Virus record (IMG/VR): IMGVR_UViG_3300030390_000232
Coordinates: 374-64,373 of that record
From: a virus
Direction: 5' to 3' (one strand)
DNA length: 64,000 nucleotides
Shown here: positions 54,440-63,722 of the stretch, one piece after another
How the letters are laid out: the number at the start of each line of letters is the position of its first letter
Position numbering within the stretch: the first letter of the stretch is position 1
Notes under the pieces: generated by a model
What the model was told of the DNA's origin: nothing
The model's database searches: none
The model's input: only the letters and a program-made list of their open reading frames with translations
Position numbers and translations under genes: made by a program

Positions 54440-54982
54440 TTAGCTAAACGCCATTGTGCCAGTTTTACCTGTACCTAAGTGTTGTAAGTCCATAGTTACA
54501 GTCCATTTGCCTTCTGCATAGCAGACAAAATAGATGTAAGAACCAATACTTAGCAGGTTAGTAGCAGCAGATGCTGGGGTGAACGTAATTTTAGTGTCTG
54601 TGACAACAGAAGTATCGAAAGTCACTGCATTAGTTGCTCGGCTTTCAATTACTTGCCCTGCTTCAAACGTATCAGTACCAGCACAATCAAAACGTAACGT
54701 GTTAGTACCGCCGGTAGTGTCTACACTCTGCACGTGTACACAAATAGTACCTAGAGTAGCCGCTGGAAGCGTAGTAACCTGCGCCGCCGCCCCAGTAAAT
54801 GGGTTTACATTAAGGCCAGCTACATAAGTTACAGTACCAGAAGTAGCTTTAGCAGTAACTGTTTGCCCTGCTAAAGAAGGTTTTTGTGGTCGGATAGTGA
54901 TAGCGCCAGTAGTGCTATCTTTTGTAATGCTAGTAAACCCATTTTCCGAGCGGACTGGGCCGTTAAAAGTTGTATTCGCCAT
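54440..54982 (-). CDS. capsid decoration/fibre-like protein
   Basis: MANTTFNGPVRSENGF N-terminus; TTLPAATLG domain. Confidence 0.65.
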   Translation of the reverse strand: MANTTFNGPVRSENGFTSITKDSTTGAITIRPQKPSLAGQTVTAKATSGTVTYVAGLNVNPFTGAAAQVTTLPAATLGTICVHVQSVDTTGGTNTLRFDCAGTDTFEAGQVIESRATNAVTFDTSVVTDTKITFTPASAATNLLSIGSYIYFVCYAEGKWTVTMDLQHLGTGKTGTMAFS

Positions 54983-55047
54983 GAGAATCTCCTGTCGTGG
55001 CTAGTGTCTACCTGCGGTATTACGGGTAGTCAGGGATTAGAATCTTT

Positions 55048-55084
55048 AATGTATACCAAAAAGAAAGGGAGCGCAAGGCTCCCT
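55048..55084 (-). terminator. Rho-independent terminator after the major capsid gene, overlapping a sigma70-like promoter
   Basis: Stem AGGGAGC/GCTCCCT plus T-run; TTGCGC-17 nt-TACATT on the minus strand. Confidence 0.7.
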
Positions 55085-55108
55085 CTCAGTCTTACTTTAC
55101 TTGGTCGA

Positions 55109-56011
55109 TTAAGCACCACAGCCAAAGATGGCTAATGGGTCAGAAACACCAAAAGAGTAACGCTCACGAGCTTTATAACGACTGTTACCAGTGTCAAAAT
55201 CCGCGTCCATAGACGTAGACATTTTTGAACGAGTAAAGTGCTTTAAGCCATTAGGGATGTCAGTGGTTAGAAACCAGTTCCCTGTGTCAGTTAAGTAATG
55301 GTTAACTGCGTATCCGCCGGGAACCACACCATTGCTAACGATAGCATTGACGTCGTTATCAGCAGTACCCACTCGACCCTCAGTCTCCAACAAACGAGTT
55401 GCAACGAATTGCAAGTCAGATGGGATAATGAGTTTCTTAGGACGTGCAGCGATTTTTAAGCCACGCTCGTCAGTCCACTTACCAATCTGAATAACTGCAT
55501 TCTCAAGTGAAGTTTCGTTAAGGTCAACGTCACCACCAGTGTTTGAGTTAGAACCACCACTTACTAAGTTATGGGCATTGCCTACTAGAGACTCGCCATC
55601 ACCGTAAGTAACAGTAGATACAAACGCGTTATTCAAAATAGAAGCAGCTTTAACTTGCTTCGTGTACGCCATAGCGCGAGCTAATGCTTTAGTGTAACGA
55701 CCCGATAAAGAATCGTACAGGTTATCTTCAATCGCTTCTTCAGTGATTGCGAAACCCATAGCAACAGTTTCGTGCGTGTAGCGTGCAGTGAATGCTTCTT
55801 GCGCTGTATCGTATTCGATAGATGCGCCTTCAGCTTTTGTGCCTGCTGCGCCGAAGCCAGACAATTTAGTTTCTTCCTCAAACGAGCGGTCAGAAGTCTC
55901 TGTTTCAAAGATTTCTTTATGCTCTTCACCGTACTTGGCATATTCTAAACCAAATAAAGCGTTAAGGCCGGGTAATAACTCCTTGAGGAGCTGGGATCTT
56001 GAAATAGCCAT
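55109..56011 (-). CDS. major capsid protein (HK97 fold)
   Basis: MAISRSQLLKELLPGLNALFGLEY, EEAIEDNLY, KKLIIPSDL, RYKARERYSFG. Confidence 0.9.
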   Translation of the reverse strand: MAISRSQLLKELLPGLNALFGLEYAKYGEEHKEIFETETSDRSFEEETKLSGFGAAGTKAEGASIEYDTAQEAFTARYTHETVAMGFAITEEAIEDNLYDSLSGRYTKALARAMAYTKQVKAASILNNAFVSTVTYGDGESLVGNAHNLVSGGSNSNTGGDVDLNETSLENAVIQIGKWTDERGLKIAARPKKLIIPSDLQFVATRLLETEGRVGTADNDVNAIVSNGVVPGGYAVNHYLTDTGNWFLTTDIPNGLKHFTRSKMSTSMDADFDTGNSRYKARERYSFGVSDPLAIFGCGA

Positions 56012-56025
56012 TGTTTAATATCCTC

Positions 56026-56655
56026 TTATGACGTAACGTCGCCGTTAGCGAAGGCATGAAAATTGCCGTTAAATTTAACCAGTAAGTCAGTGAATTCATC
56101 ACCAACTTCTGACTCACCACGATCGCTAAAACCAACAATCTTAAAGCCCGCAGTTGTATCTACTGCTGTAGCATCTACAGCTAGTGTTGATTTACCAGTA
56201 GTAGTACTTACGTCGTCAGTATCTGGAGTGGATGGGAAGAACGTATTACGCCCCAAGAAAGCCTGTGCAACAGTTCCGTCAGCTTGTGCTTGGAAAGTTA
56301 CGCCCGGATCAACTACAACGTAGGCAATAATATCAGTCCCAGTTGGAGCCACAGTGCCAGCAGGGTAGCGCTGGTCAAAAACCAACTGCCCTTGAGCATT
56401 AACATATTCACAACCAACAAAAACACCTAAAGCGCCGCCGTTAGCAACAGCAGCAAAGTTGTTAGTATCGTTTGCACTGCCTGTTTTAACAGACAATTGG
56501 ACAAAGCCGTCTTTTAAGATAACAACAGAACCATAGCCCATTTGCACGGCGTAGCCAGCAGGGTTGATTTTAAATGCGTCCCGCGCACCACAGTATGGTG
56601 AGCCGTCAGCGTTCTTTACGGGAACTAGCCCGTATGGAGTAGCTGTAGAAGCCAT
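56026..56655 (-). CDS. capsid cement/minor capsid protein
   Basis: ATPYGLVPV N-terminus; immediately upstream of the MCP. Confidence 0.65.
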   Translation of the reverse strand: MASTATPYGLVPVKNADGSPYCGARDAFKINPAGYAVQMGYGSVVILKDGFVQLSVKTGSANDTNNFAAVANGGALGVFVGCEYVNAQGQLVFDQRYPAGTVAPTGTDIIAYVVVDPGVTFQAQADGTVAQAFLGRNTFFPSTPDTDDVSTTTGKSTLAVDATAVDTTAGFKIVGFSDRGESEVGDEFTDLLVKFNGNFHAFANGDVTS

Positions 56656-56690
56656 TTTAGAATTCCTCTAAAAAATTAAGTTAAGTCTGT

Positions 56691-57146
56691 TTAGCCTTTG
56701 CCAAACGAGACTGACGTTTTCCTATCGTTAAAGATAGGCATTCGTGGATCATTTTCACGCATCAAGTTGTTATCCACCGCATTCATCTGATTTTTAGTTT
56801 CCTGAGCATAGTATTCTCTACGCTGCTGTAACATCTCATCAGGCATCTTGCATAGCATTAGACCGCCAATAACAATGTTGTCTTTGAACTTATCGCTCTC
56901 AGTAACAACCATTGTGATCTCGGGGTGGTCTTCTGCGCGTACGGGTACCCAACCTTCGCGTAATTTTGAGTTAATGTTACCGGCATCGGTAGCGCCTAAC
57001 GTACTAATACGAACCCATTTGAACGCATACCCCGGTTCTGGAGTTGGTTCAGGTAAGATGCTTGGGGCTTCCCATTGTCTAGGTGCCGCAGTTTTCTCAC
57101 GGGTTTCTTGGTCGCGTTTGATTCTATTATCAGCCATGTTACACAT
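56691..57146 (-). CDS. conserved head-module protein
   Basis: PEPGYAFKWVR...REGWVPV...GGLMLCK. Confidence 0.7.
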   Translation of the reverse strand: MCNMADNRIKRDQETREKTAAPRQWEAPSILPEPTPEPGYAFKWVRISTLGATDAGNINSKLREGWVPVRAEDHPEITMVVTESDKFKDNIVIGGLMLCKMPDEMLQQRREYYAQETKNQMNAVDNNLMRENDPRMPIFNDRKTSVSFGKG

Positions 57147-58137
57147 TCCTCATATCTTGAACTAGTTGTTTGGCGTACTGCTCATTAGACAGTCCCAAAC
57201 GTTTGGCAAGCCGTACTTGTGTTTGCGTTAAAGTGACCTTTTTAGGGGCCGTGCTCCGCGTAGCGGGGGCAACCACATTAGCTCGTTTCTTTTTCGGTGC
57301 ATCCTCGAACTTGTCGGGGAAGATTTGTCGCATACGAGTATCAATCTTCTCGTAGTATTCATCACTGTCAGTACTCATACCTTCAGCAATGAGTTTGTTG
57401 TGTATGCCCATTGCTAGGCTGTTCATCTCTAGGTCTGTTTCAAACCAAGGATTTTTAGCTACCCATTCTTCAGCACGTTTGTTGTCTTGTGCTGAGGCGT
57501 TGTCAGGTATTGTTACACTAGAAGTATCCTCTTGTAAAGGCTGGGGCTTAAAGTTTTGTAACTTATCAGCCTTTATCTTCGCAGTGGTTAACTTATCCTG
57601 CGCTTCTAGGACCTTATCCGCATCGCCTGCGTCATAAGCCGCTTTGTACGCTTTCTTAGCTGTTAGAACTTCGACAGCAGTGCTCCGCTTGGCCTGTTCT
57701 AACATAGCTTCACGGTTCTTATCCACATCACTTTTTAAAGTTTTGTTTTCGTCAGCCAATTTCTTGGCGAACTCAACAGCTTCTTGGCGCTCGCGTTCTG
57801 CCGCTTCCTTAGCTCGACGCTCGTCGTGGTAGCCTTTCTGTATCTTGTTTATACGCTTCTTGACCTTAGAAGAGTAACCTTCAAGTTCTTGCTCAGTTAC
57901 ATCCTCTGGTGCTTCAGAAGCCTCACGCCCTTGATCTTCTTCAGGGGTATCATCAATGATTTCAATGTCATCATCATCATCATCTTCTTCTTCAATTTCG
58001 ACTTCTTGCTCCTTTTTATAGTCGTCCTCGGTTTTCTTACCACTAAGGTCGATTTCTACGGAACCCGAGTCCTCGATTTCTGTTTCTTTGTCCTCACTCT
58101 CGTGAGGGAATTCAAACTTCACTTCTTCAAATGGCAT
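57139..58137 (-). CDS. scaffolding protein
   Basis: Acidic N-terminus, long coiled coil, C-terminal LTQTQVRLAKRLGLS..QYAK. Confidence 0.7.
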   Translation of the reverse strand: MPFEEVKFEFPHESEDKETEIEDSGSVEIDLSGKKTEDDYKKEQEVEIEEEDDDDDDIEIIDDTPEEDQGREASEAPEDVTEQELEGYSSKVKKRINKIQKGYHDERRAKEAAERERQEAVEFAKKLADENKTLKSDVDKNREAMLEQAKRSTAVEVLTAKKAYKAAYDAGDADKVLEAQDKLTTAKIKADKLQNFKPQPLQEDTSSVTIPDNASAQDNKRAEEWVAKNPWFETDLEMNSLAMGIHNKLIAEGMSTDSDEYYEKIDTRMRQIFPDKFEDAPKKKRANVVAPATRSTAPKKVTLTQTQVRLAKRLGLSNEQYAKQLVQDMRNV

Positions 58138-58149
58138 GATTATTTCCTC

Positions 58150-58548
58150 TTACGCGTGCGTGATACCACGAGGGTCGTCGATAACGGCCTCAATAGAATC
58201 ATCGTTCATTAGGCGGTACTCTTTACCAGATACGGTAAATCGTGTTCCGGTGTTCATACGAAACATTACGTAGTCGCCGACTTTACACCACGGCTTCCCA
58301 CTGAATCGCTCTTTGTCGGTATAGGCTTGGTCGCCCATATCTAGCACAATGCCCATGATGGACATAATGTATTCACGTTTAAGTACAGAGTCAGTCTTGA
58401 TAAGACCACCTTCGTACTCTGTTTCCACTTCAGGTAAGGCTACTAACACACGATAGCCCACAGGTTTTGGTAATTGCGCCTCAAAAGTAGCTTCTTGCTG
58501 CTCCTTTCGTATGTGCGGGGGCACGGCGAGGATTGAATCAGTCATCAT
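58150..58548 (-). CDS. groES: co-chaperonin GroES/Cpn10
   Basis: PKPVGYRVLV, EGGLI loop, KVGDYVMF, EYRLMNDDSIEAVI. Confidence 0.88.
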   Translation of the reverse strand: MMTDSILAVPPHIRKEQQEATFEAQLPKPVGYRVLVALPEVETEYEGGLIKTDSVLKREYIMSIMGIVLDMGDQAYTDKERFSGKPWCKVGDYVMFRMNTGTRFTVSGKEYRLMNDDSIEAVIDDPRGITHA

Positions 58549-58735
58549 CTTCTTCCAAATAGTTTTTAGCGAGGTCTTCGATATGGTTTAGACAGGCATC
58601 GTATCCTCGGGTTTTACCTGTTAGTTCTCTATATTCAGCGTAGGTATTAGCCCCGCCTCCACAGAGAAATTCTTGCAAGGATTCTTTATCCTCGTTAACT
58701 TTGTCGCGCAGTACGTCAAATACTGTTTTAGCCAT
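58538..58735 (-). CDS. small conserved head-module protein
   Basis: L..GGANTYAEYRELTGK..G; coupled to the portal gene. Confidence 0.7.
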   Translation of the reverse strand: MAKTVFDVLRDKVNEDKESLQEFLCGGGANTYAEYRELTGKTRGYDACLNHIEDLAKNYLEEDDD

Positions 58736-61224
58736 TACTTGTCACCCTTGGGTTTGTTGTTGGCGTTTCTCATGTTAAGTAAGTCCATATCTAGCTTAGT
58801 GGTGTCGCGGCGACGGTCTGCGGACATCTTAGCTCCCGCTTTGCGCTCGTCTAACTCCAACTCAGCTTGTTCTATCTGCATCTTCATCTCAGCTAACTTG
58901 GCGTCTAACGCTAGTTTCTTCTGTGCGAGTTGTGCGTCAGTCTGATCTTTCATAGTCTTACGTTGAGCTTCAGCTTGTTTGGCTTGTGCGTCTGCCTGAT
59001 CTTTCTGCATCTTACGCTGCACTTCTTGCTGCTTGGTTTGCTGCTCTTGTTGCTGTAGCTGGAACACAGGGTCTTTAGCTTGTTCTTCGCCTTTCTTCTG
59101 TGCGGCTTGGTTCTTGTGCCCTTCGGTTAACTGCTTACCTGCGTCCGCTACTAGGCGAGACAGGTTAACTTCAACTTCTTCTGGTAGCTCGCTGTTAGGT
59201 GCCGTTAAGGTAAAGCCCAACTTCTCTTCCATCTGCTGTCTATATAAGAAGGCTGTATGCTCTGCGATGTGGGCTTGGATAGCGCCCATGATCTGCTTGG
59301 CTTGTGGGTTTTGGCCAATCATTTGAGCAATCATCGGGTCTTCCATAAACGACTTGTGGGCGTCAATGTGAGCTTGATGATCTTGGTATATAAACGCTTG
59401 GACAGGCTTTCCAGTTAAGAAGCCCATGTTTTCACTGATTGGGTCTGTAGGCTCTGCATCTTCCGATGTAGGTACTAACTTCTCCGCGTTCTTAATACCT
59501 AACACGTCAATCATCTGACGGTGTAACTGGGGTAAATCATATATCTGTGGGGCTTGCGACGACATCTGGAGGACTGTCTGATACTGGACAACACGTTGTG
59601 CCATGGTTGTGTTGTTAGGATCGCTTACAGGTATTACCTCTACCATCTCGTAGTCAGAACGTTTTGCGTTCAGCTCGCCACGATTAGGTTGGTACTCATA
59701 TGAGGCGGGGGCGTGCTCAGCCATGAGAGACTTGAGTAGTTTGAACTCCTGCTTCATAGAGTAGTGTACACGTGCTTGTACTGCGGCCATTGGCTTGAGC
59801 GTGCGCTCTAGTATTGCAAGTGTTGTGCCAACTGGAGCATTAGCGGACATATCTGAGATGTCCATGTCACTAATAGCACCTAGACGGCGACCTTCAGTCG
59901 TAATCTTATCCAGTAGCGCAAGTAATGTTTGGCTTGGCTCTTTATAAGGTAGCGGCATGATGTTGTCGCGGATCGCACCAGACGGTACATCGACATCCTT
60001 CCACTCACCCGGCTCAATCGGCGTATCATCACCCTTAATACGTAACCCGCGAGCCTTTAAACCGCCCGGTAGGTTAGATAATGTACCAGCATCAACCAAC
60101 TGGCGAATGATAGACGTGCCTGCGCGTGCGTAGCCGCCAATGATATGGATTAGACCCATACCATAGAAGCCAAAACCCGGTACGTATGTGTAATGTACAA
60201 AGTGCTGACGCTTCATTGTGAGGTCGTCATCTTCGTCCCAATTGCGTCGGATGGCTAAAATTTCACCAGTACCACGTTCGATTGTGATGACATATGGCTT
60301 GGCAATTTCGTCAGGATCGTCATCTAGCGCTTCCATAAACATGTCAGCGTGTATTTCATAGAGTGTATAGCGGTCATCGTCACTTATTGAGTAACCACCT
60401 TCTTCTGCTTTACGCTCCTCGACATCGGTATGGAACGCTTGTGGTTCCCCTAATCTTACGTCTAAGTAAAACCCCATAGCTTGGAGTTTGCGCATCTCAT
60501 TCTTAGTTTTGCGCATTACGTGAGTAACACGTTCAGCCGTCTCAATAGTAGACGCGCCGTAAGGCACGATTACTTCTTCTGCTGGGATATAACTAGCGCA
60601 GACGCGACCCATGTTTGGTTCGTAGTAAACCTTCTTAAAAGCAGACCCCGATAGACCTAAAGAGTATAAGAGACGCTCATGCTCTGGACGATACTCAACC
60701 ATGTTCTCAGTAAGCTCGTAGTTCATGTCAGCGCGTACGCGTTCTGCGGCTTCCGTCTTATCCTTACTCTCCTCCCCTAGAATCTTAGTTTTAACCGGGC
60801 CAGCGGCAGGGAACGTCTCAGACATAGCTTCGGCTTGGAACCGGATAGCTGCTTCAGCAAGTACCGTAGAGTACACGCCACATGCGCCTTCCCACGGTTG
60901 TGTACGTTCTTCGTACTTAAAGCCCAATACATCAAGCCCTTCAACATAAGTATCCGCCCACTCCTTTCGGCTTTGTACGTCTGCGTCAACTAACTCCATA
61001 AGTTCACTGGATATTAACGCTAGCTCTTCTTCGTCAAGTTTCTCCGCTAGGTTGTCTTCAAACTTAGACTCAATATCGTCCTCGTCGTCTGGCATGAGTG
61101 ATATTTCTACACTGCCATCACTTAACGTAACTTCTTTAGGATCGACGATCTCGATCTCTAATGCTTCTTCCAGCCCCTCATCTATGCCTAGCGGTGCCTG
61201 ATATAAACCTTTTTCAATTGCCAT
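58735..61224 (-). CDS. portal protein
   Basis: Follows terL; SRKEW, LAEAAIRFQA, QLVDAGTLSNLPGG; Q-rich coiled C-terminal barrel. Confidence 0.88.
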   Translation of the reverse strand: MAIEKGLYQAPLGIDEGLEEALEIEIVDPKEVTLSDGSVEISLMPDDEDDIESKFEDNLAEKLDEEELALISSELMELVDADVQSRKEWADTYVEGLDVLGFKYEERTQPWEGACGVYSTVLAEAAIRFQAEAMSETFPAAGPVKTKILGEESKDKTEAAERVRADMNYELTENMVEYRPEHERLLYSLGLSGSAFKKVYYEPNMGRVCASYIPAEEVIVPYGASTIETAERVTHVMRKTKNEMRKLQAMGFYLDVRLGEPQAFHTDVEERKAEEGGYSISDDDRYTLYEIHADMFMEALDDDPDEIAKPYVITIERGTGEILAIRRNWDEDDDLTMKRQHFVHYTYVPGFGFYGMGLIHIIGGYARAGTSIIRQLVDAGTLSNLPGGLKARGLRIKGDDTPIEPGEWKDVDVPSGAIRDNIMPLPYKEPSQTLLALLDKITTEGRRLGAISDMDISDMSANAPVGTTLAILERTLKPMAAVQARVHYSMKQEFKLLKSLMAEHAPASYEYQPNRGELNAKRSDYEMVEVIPVSDPNNTTMAQRVVQYQTVLQMSSQAPQIYDLPQLHRQMIDVLGIKNAEKLVPTSEDAEPTDPISENMGFLTGKPVQAFIYQDHQAHIDAHKSFMEDPMIAQMIGQNPQAKQIMGAIQAHIAEHTAFLYRQQMEEKLGFTLTAPNSELPEEVEVNLSRLVADAGKQLTEGHKNQAAQKKGEEQAKDPVFQLQQQEQQTKQQEVQRKMQKDQADAQAKQAEAQRKTMKDQTDAQLAQKKLALDAKLAEMKMQIEQAELELDERKAGAKMSADRRRDTTKLDMDLLNMRNANNKPKGDK

Positions 61225-61235
61225 TGTATTTACCC

Positions 61236-62786
61236 TTAGTAGTACCTGCCGCCCCTACGCGACTTGAATGTTGTTGGTTCGTCTCTTTCATCTGTGGGTA
61301 GTCGTATAAACCCACCTTGTCTAAATCGCATTAGCGCCATTACCATGGAGTCAACTAAGTCATCGTTACTAGCGAACGGGAAGCCCGCTACTTCATCTAC
61401 AAGCTCTTCGGCCCAGCGCGTAGCTGGAACCCAGCACAGCCCCGAAGCCACAATATCTGTTACAGAATTCAAACGTGCTAACTTATCACCTGAACCCCTG
61501 TGTGGAGTAAACTCCGATACGGGTAGTCCCATACGGCGCATCTCTTGGTATATAGCTACACCGGAACTCTTCTTCTCCACGATAAACGCGTCAGGTTCCC
61601 AAGCATCGTACTCTTCCATGCACATCTCTTTCAGCTCTGGGAACTCCATCCTTCTCTTTATACTATTTAACAACATGAGGTTGTACGCGTCAGTCTCTTC
61701 ATTCATAAAGACGCCCCATGTGGTCAGTGCCGTGTAATCCGCACGGTTGTGTTTCTCTGCCGCCGAATCCAACGACATGATTATAAATTCACATGCAGGG
61801 GGTCGTTCTCCGCCCCACATCTGCCACCACTCACGTTTTACAAGTGCTGCTTCTTGCGATGTGGGCTGCTGCTGGTACTGAGCGTTCCACTGGAAGTTCG
61901 GCATTGACGCTTTGGTACGTAACAACGCTTCTAAGTTAAAGAACTCTGGCCACAGCGGTTTTTCCACTATTTGCCCAGTCTCTTTATCTTCTATTTCTAG
62001 TATTGCGGGAAATTCGATCACTTCAAACTGGTCAGACCGCTCATTATTAACCATATCCTTAATTACACGGCCAGTCAGGTCATCCATATGCCATCTGGTC
62101 TGTATAATAGCCACTCGACCCCCCGGCATAAGCCGAGTTCGGGCACCAAACGTGTACCATTCGTACGCTTTTTCAAAAACAGAGAAGTTACCGTTGATAA
62201 CGTCCTGCTCCGAGTGCGGATCATCAATTAATAGTAAGTCAGCACCCCGTCCCGCTAGTGCTGATCCCACACCACAGGCGTAATACTCGCCTCCGACGCT
62301 AGTGTTCCACCGTCCGGCTGATTTAGAGTCTTTGGACAGACCAACTGTAGGGAAGATGGCTGCAAATGCCTCGCTAGAGATCAAATTTCGCACTTTACGC
62401 CCAAAATCTACTGCTAAATCGGTGGTGTGGGATACCATCATGACTTTTTTGTCGGGATTTCGCCCTAAAAACCACGCTGGGTAGAAAATAGACACTAGTT
62501 GGGACTTACCATGACGTGGTGGTATGTTTACACACACCCTATCACGTGTCCCGGCTTCAATAGCCATAAGTTCGTCGGCCAAAATCCTGTGGTGCTTACC
62601 CACTAGGAAGTCAGGCATCATTAACTTAGCAAATTCTATAAGGTCATCGTACGCAGCAGCGTTAGCTTCGCGCCCATCAAGCTCATCCACAATAGTATTA
62701 ATCTCAGTGACTTCATCATCTGAGTAATTATCGAGGTTGTCCAACATTACTTGGACTTCTGCTCTTGTGAAGTTAGTCGTCGTCAT
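61236..62786 (-). CDS. terL: terminase large subunit
   Basis: Walker A IPPRHGKS, Walker B LLIDDP, QTRWH, RuvC-type DSA and DDLVDS. Confidence 0.95.
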   Translation of the reverse strand: MTTTNFTRAEVQVMLDNLDNYSDDEVTEINTIVDELDGREANAAAYDDLIEFAKLMMPDFLVGKHHRILADELMAIEAGTRDRVCVNIPPRHGKSQLVSIFYPAWFLGRNPDKKVMMVSHTTDLAVDFGRKVRNLISSEAFAAIFPTVGLSKDSKSAGRWNTSVGGEYYACGVGSALAGRGADLLLIDDPHSEQDVINGNFSVFEKAYEWYTFGARTRLMPGGRVAIIQTRWHMDDLTGRVIKDMVNNERSDQFEVIEFPAILEIEDKETGQIVEKPLWPEFFNLEALLRTKASMPNFQWNAQYQQQPTSQEAALVKREWWQMWGGERPPACEFIIMSLDSAAEKHNRADYTALTTWGVFMNEETDAYNLMLLNSIKRRMEFPELKEMCMEEYDAWEPDAFIVEKKSSGVAIYQEMRRMGLPVSEFTPHRGSGDKLARLNSVTDIVASGLCWVPATRWAEELVDEVAGFPFASNDDLVDSMVMALMRFRQGGFIRLPTDERDEPTTFKSRRGGRYY

Positions 62787-63381
62787 AGATTGTGTCGTCT
62801 TCTTCACCAAATGCTTCAGTTATACTGAGAGGTTTGCTTTCAACAACTACTGCGTCTTCTATTTCTTCTGGGTTTACGAGTTTTTCTAACTTACCACGCA
62901 GTTTCTCGCGTAGGTCGTCACTTGATTGGTGGGTAATCGTCACTTCTGACTTCTCTGCGAACAGTCCTACGTCCGATACCTTGCCTAGTAGCTCTAAAGC
63001 ACGTAGCCGTATCTTGGCATCAGGGTTCTCCGTCTCCAGCACTAGCTTGTTGGTTACTAGGTGCCTTATATGCATGGAGTTTGTAACCACAGACTGGCCG
63101 AATTCGGCAAGTATACTGTCAGTTAATATAAGAGAAGCTGGGCGTAGTTTCGCCATATTCTTGGGGGTAGCCTTCTTGGATGTTTTTGTAGCGTCACCTG
63201 CGTAGGCAGTGGCTAATGCTGCGGATATGTCTTTATCTTCCTTAGTGGGTTCTATGTCCAACCCATGCTCCGCTAGGAATAGCGCCGTATTAGCAGCCGC
63301 ACTCGCCGAAAGCGTGAGGTCGGTAAAAGGATTGTCATCTGAAACAGGCACGCCTAGTTCAGGTTCAATAGATAAAGTCAT
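62773..63381 (-). CDS. terS: terminase small subunit (putative)
   Basis: Directly upstream of terL; RLRALELLGKV..VGLFAEK helical motif. Confidence 0.65.
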   Translation of the reverse strand: MTLSIEPELGVPVSDDNPFTDLTLSASAAANTALFLAEHGLDIEPTKEDKDISAALATAYAGDATKTSKKATPKNMAKLRPASLILTDSILAEFGQSVVTNSMHIRHLVTNKLVLETENPDAKIRLRALELLGKVSDVGLFAEKSEVTITHQSSDDLREKLRGKLEKLVNPEEIEDAVVVESKPLSITEAFGEEDDTIYDDD

Positions 63382-63412
63382 AATGTTTCGCAGGTGTTAA
63401 CCAGTTGGGACA

Positions 63413-63440
63413 AATATACTACAAAAAATTTTTTTGTCCA
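63413..63440 (-). promoter_or_regulatory. putative late promoter embedded in an A/T palindrome
   Basis: TGGACA-16 nt-TATATT on the minus strand upstream of terS. Confidence 0.45.
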
Positions 63441-63596
63441 GCGAATTAAGTACATAGGGGGGCGGTTAAAAAGTAACCAGAAACGTATGGATTTGAGAAA
63501 AAACCAAATTATTCGTGGAAATTAGGATTATACAGGCGCGAGGGACTTTGCTGTACAAAGCGGGGGTGGGGGGCGGGTACCCTTTCAATATGGCCA

Positions 63597-63615
63597 TGTT
63601 ACCACTGTGGTAACA
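63597..63615. promoter_or_regulatory. 19-bp palindrome, copy 4
   Basis: TGTTACCACTGTGGTAACA about 30 bp upstream of a -35 box. Confidence 0.8.
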
Positions 63616-63646
63616 CCTGATATATGTGACAATACGTTACTACCTA

Positions 63647-63674
63647 TTGACAATACCTAATACCATGCGATAGT
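63647..63674 (+). promoter_or_regulatory. sigma70-type early promoter
   Basis: TTGACA-16 nt-GATAGT with extended TG. Confidence 0.55.
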
Positions 63675-63722
63675 AGTTGCAAGTCAAGCAATAACGCGTG
63701 ACTATTTAAAGGAATACATACT

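Noticed and set aside
8003-62786. Inteins or introns in polA, helicase, primase or terL
   Set aside because: Lengths are ordinary, and I saw no intein splice-junction motifs or embedded LAGLIDADG domains
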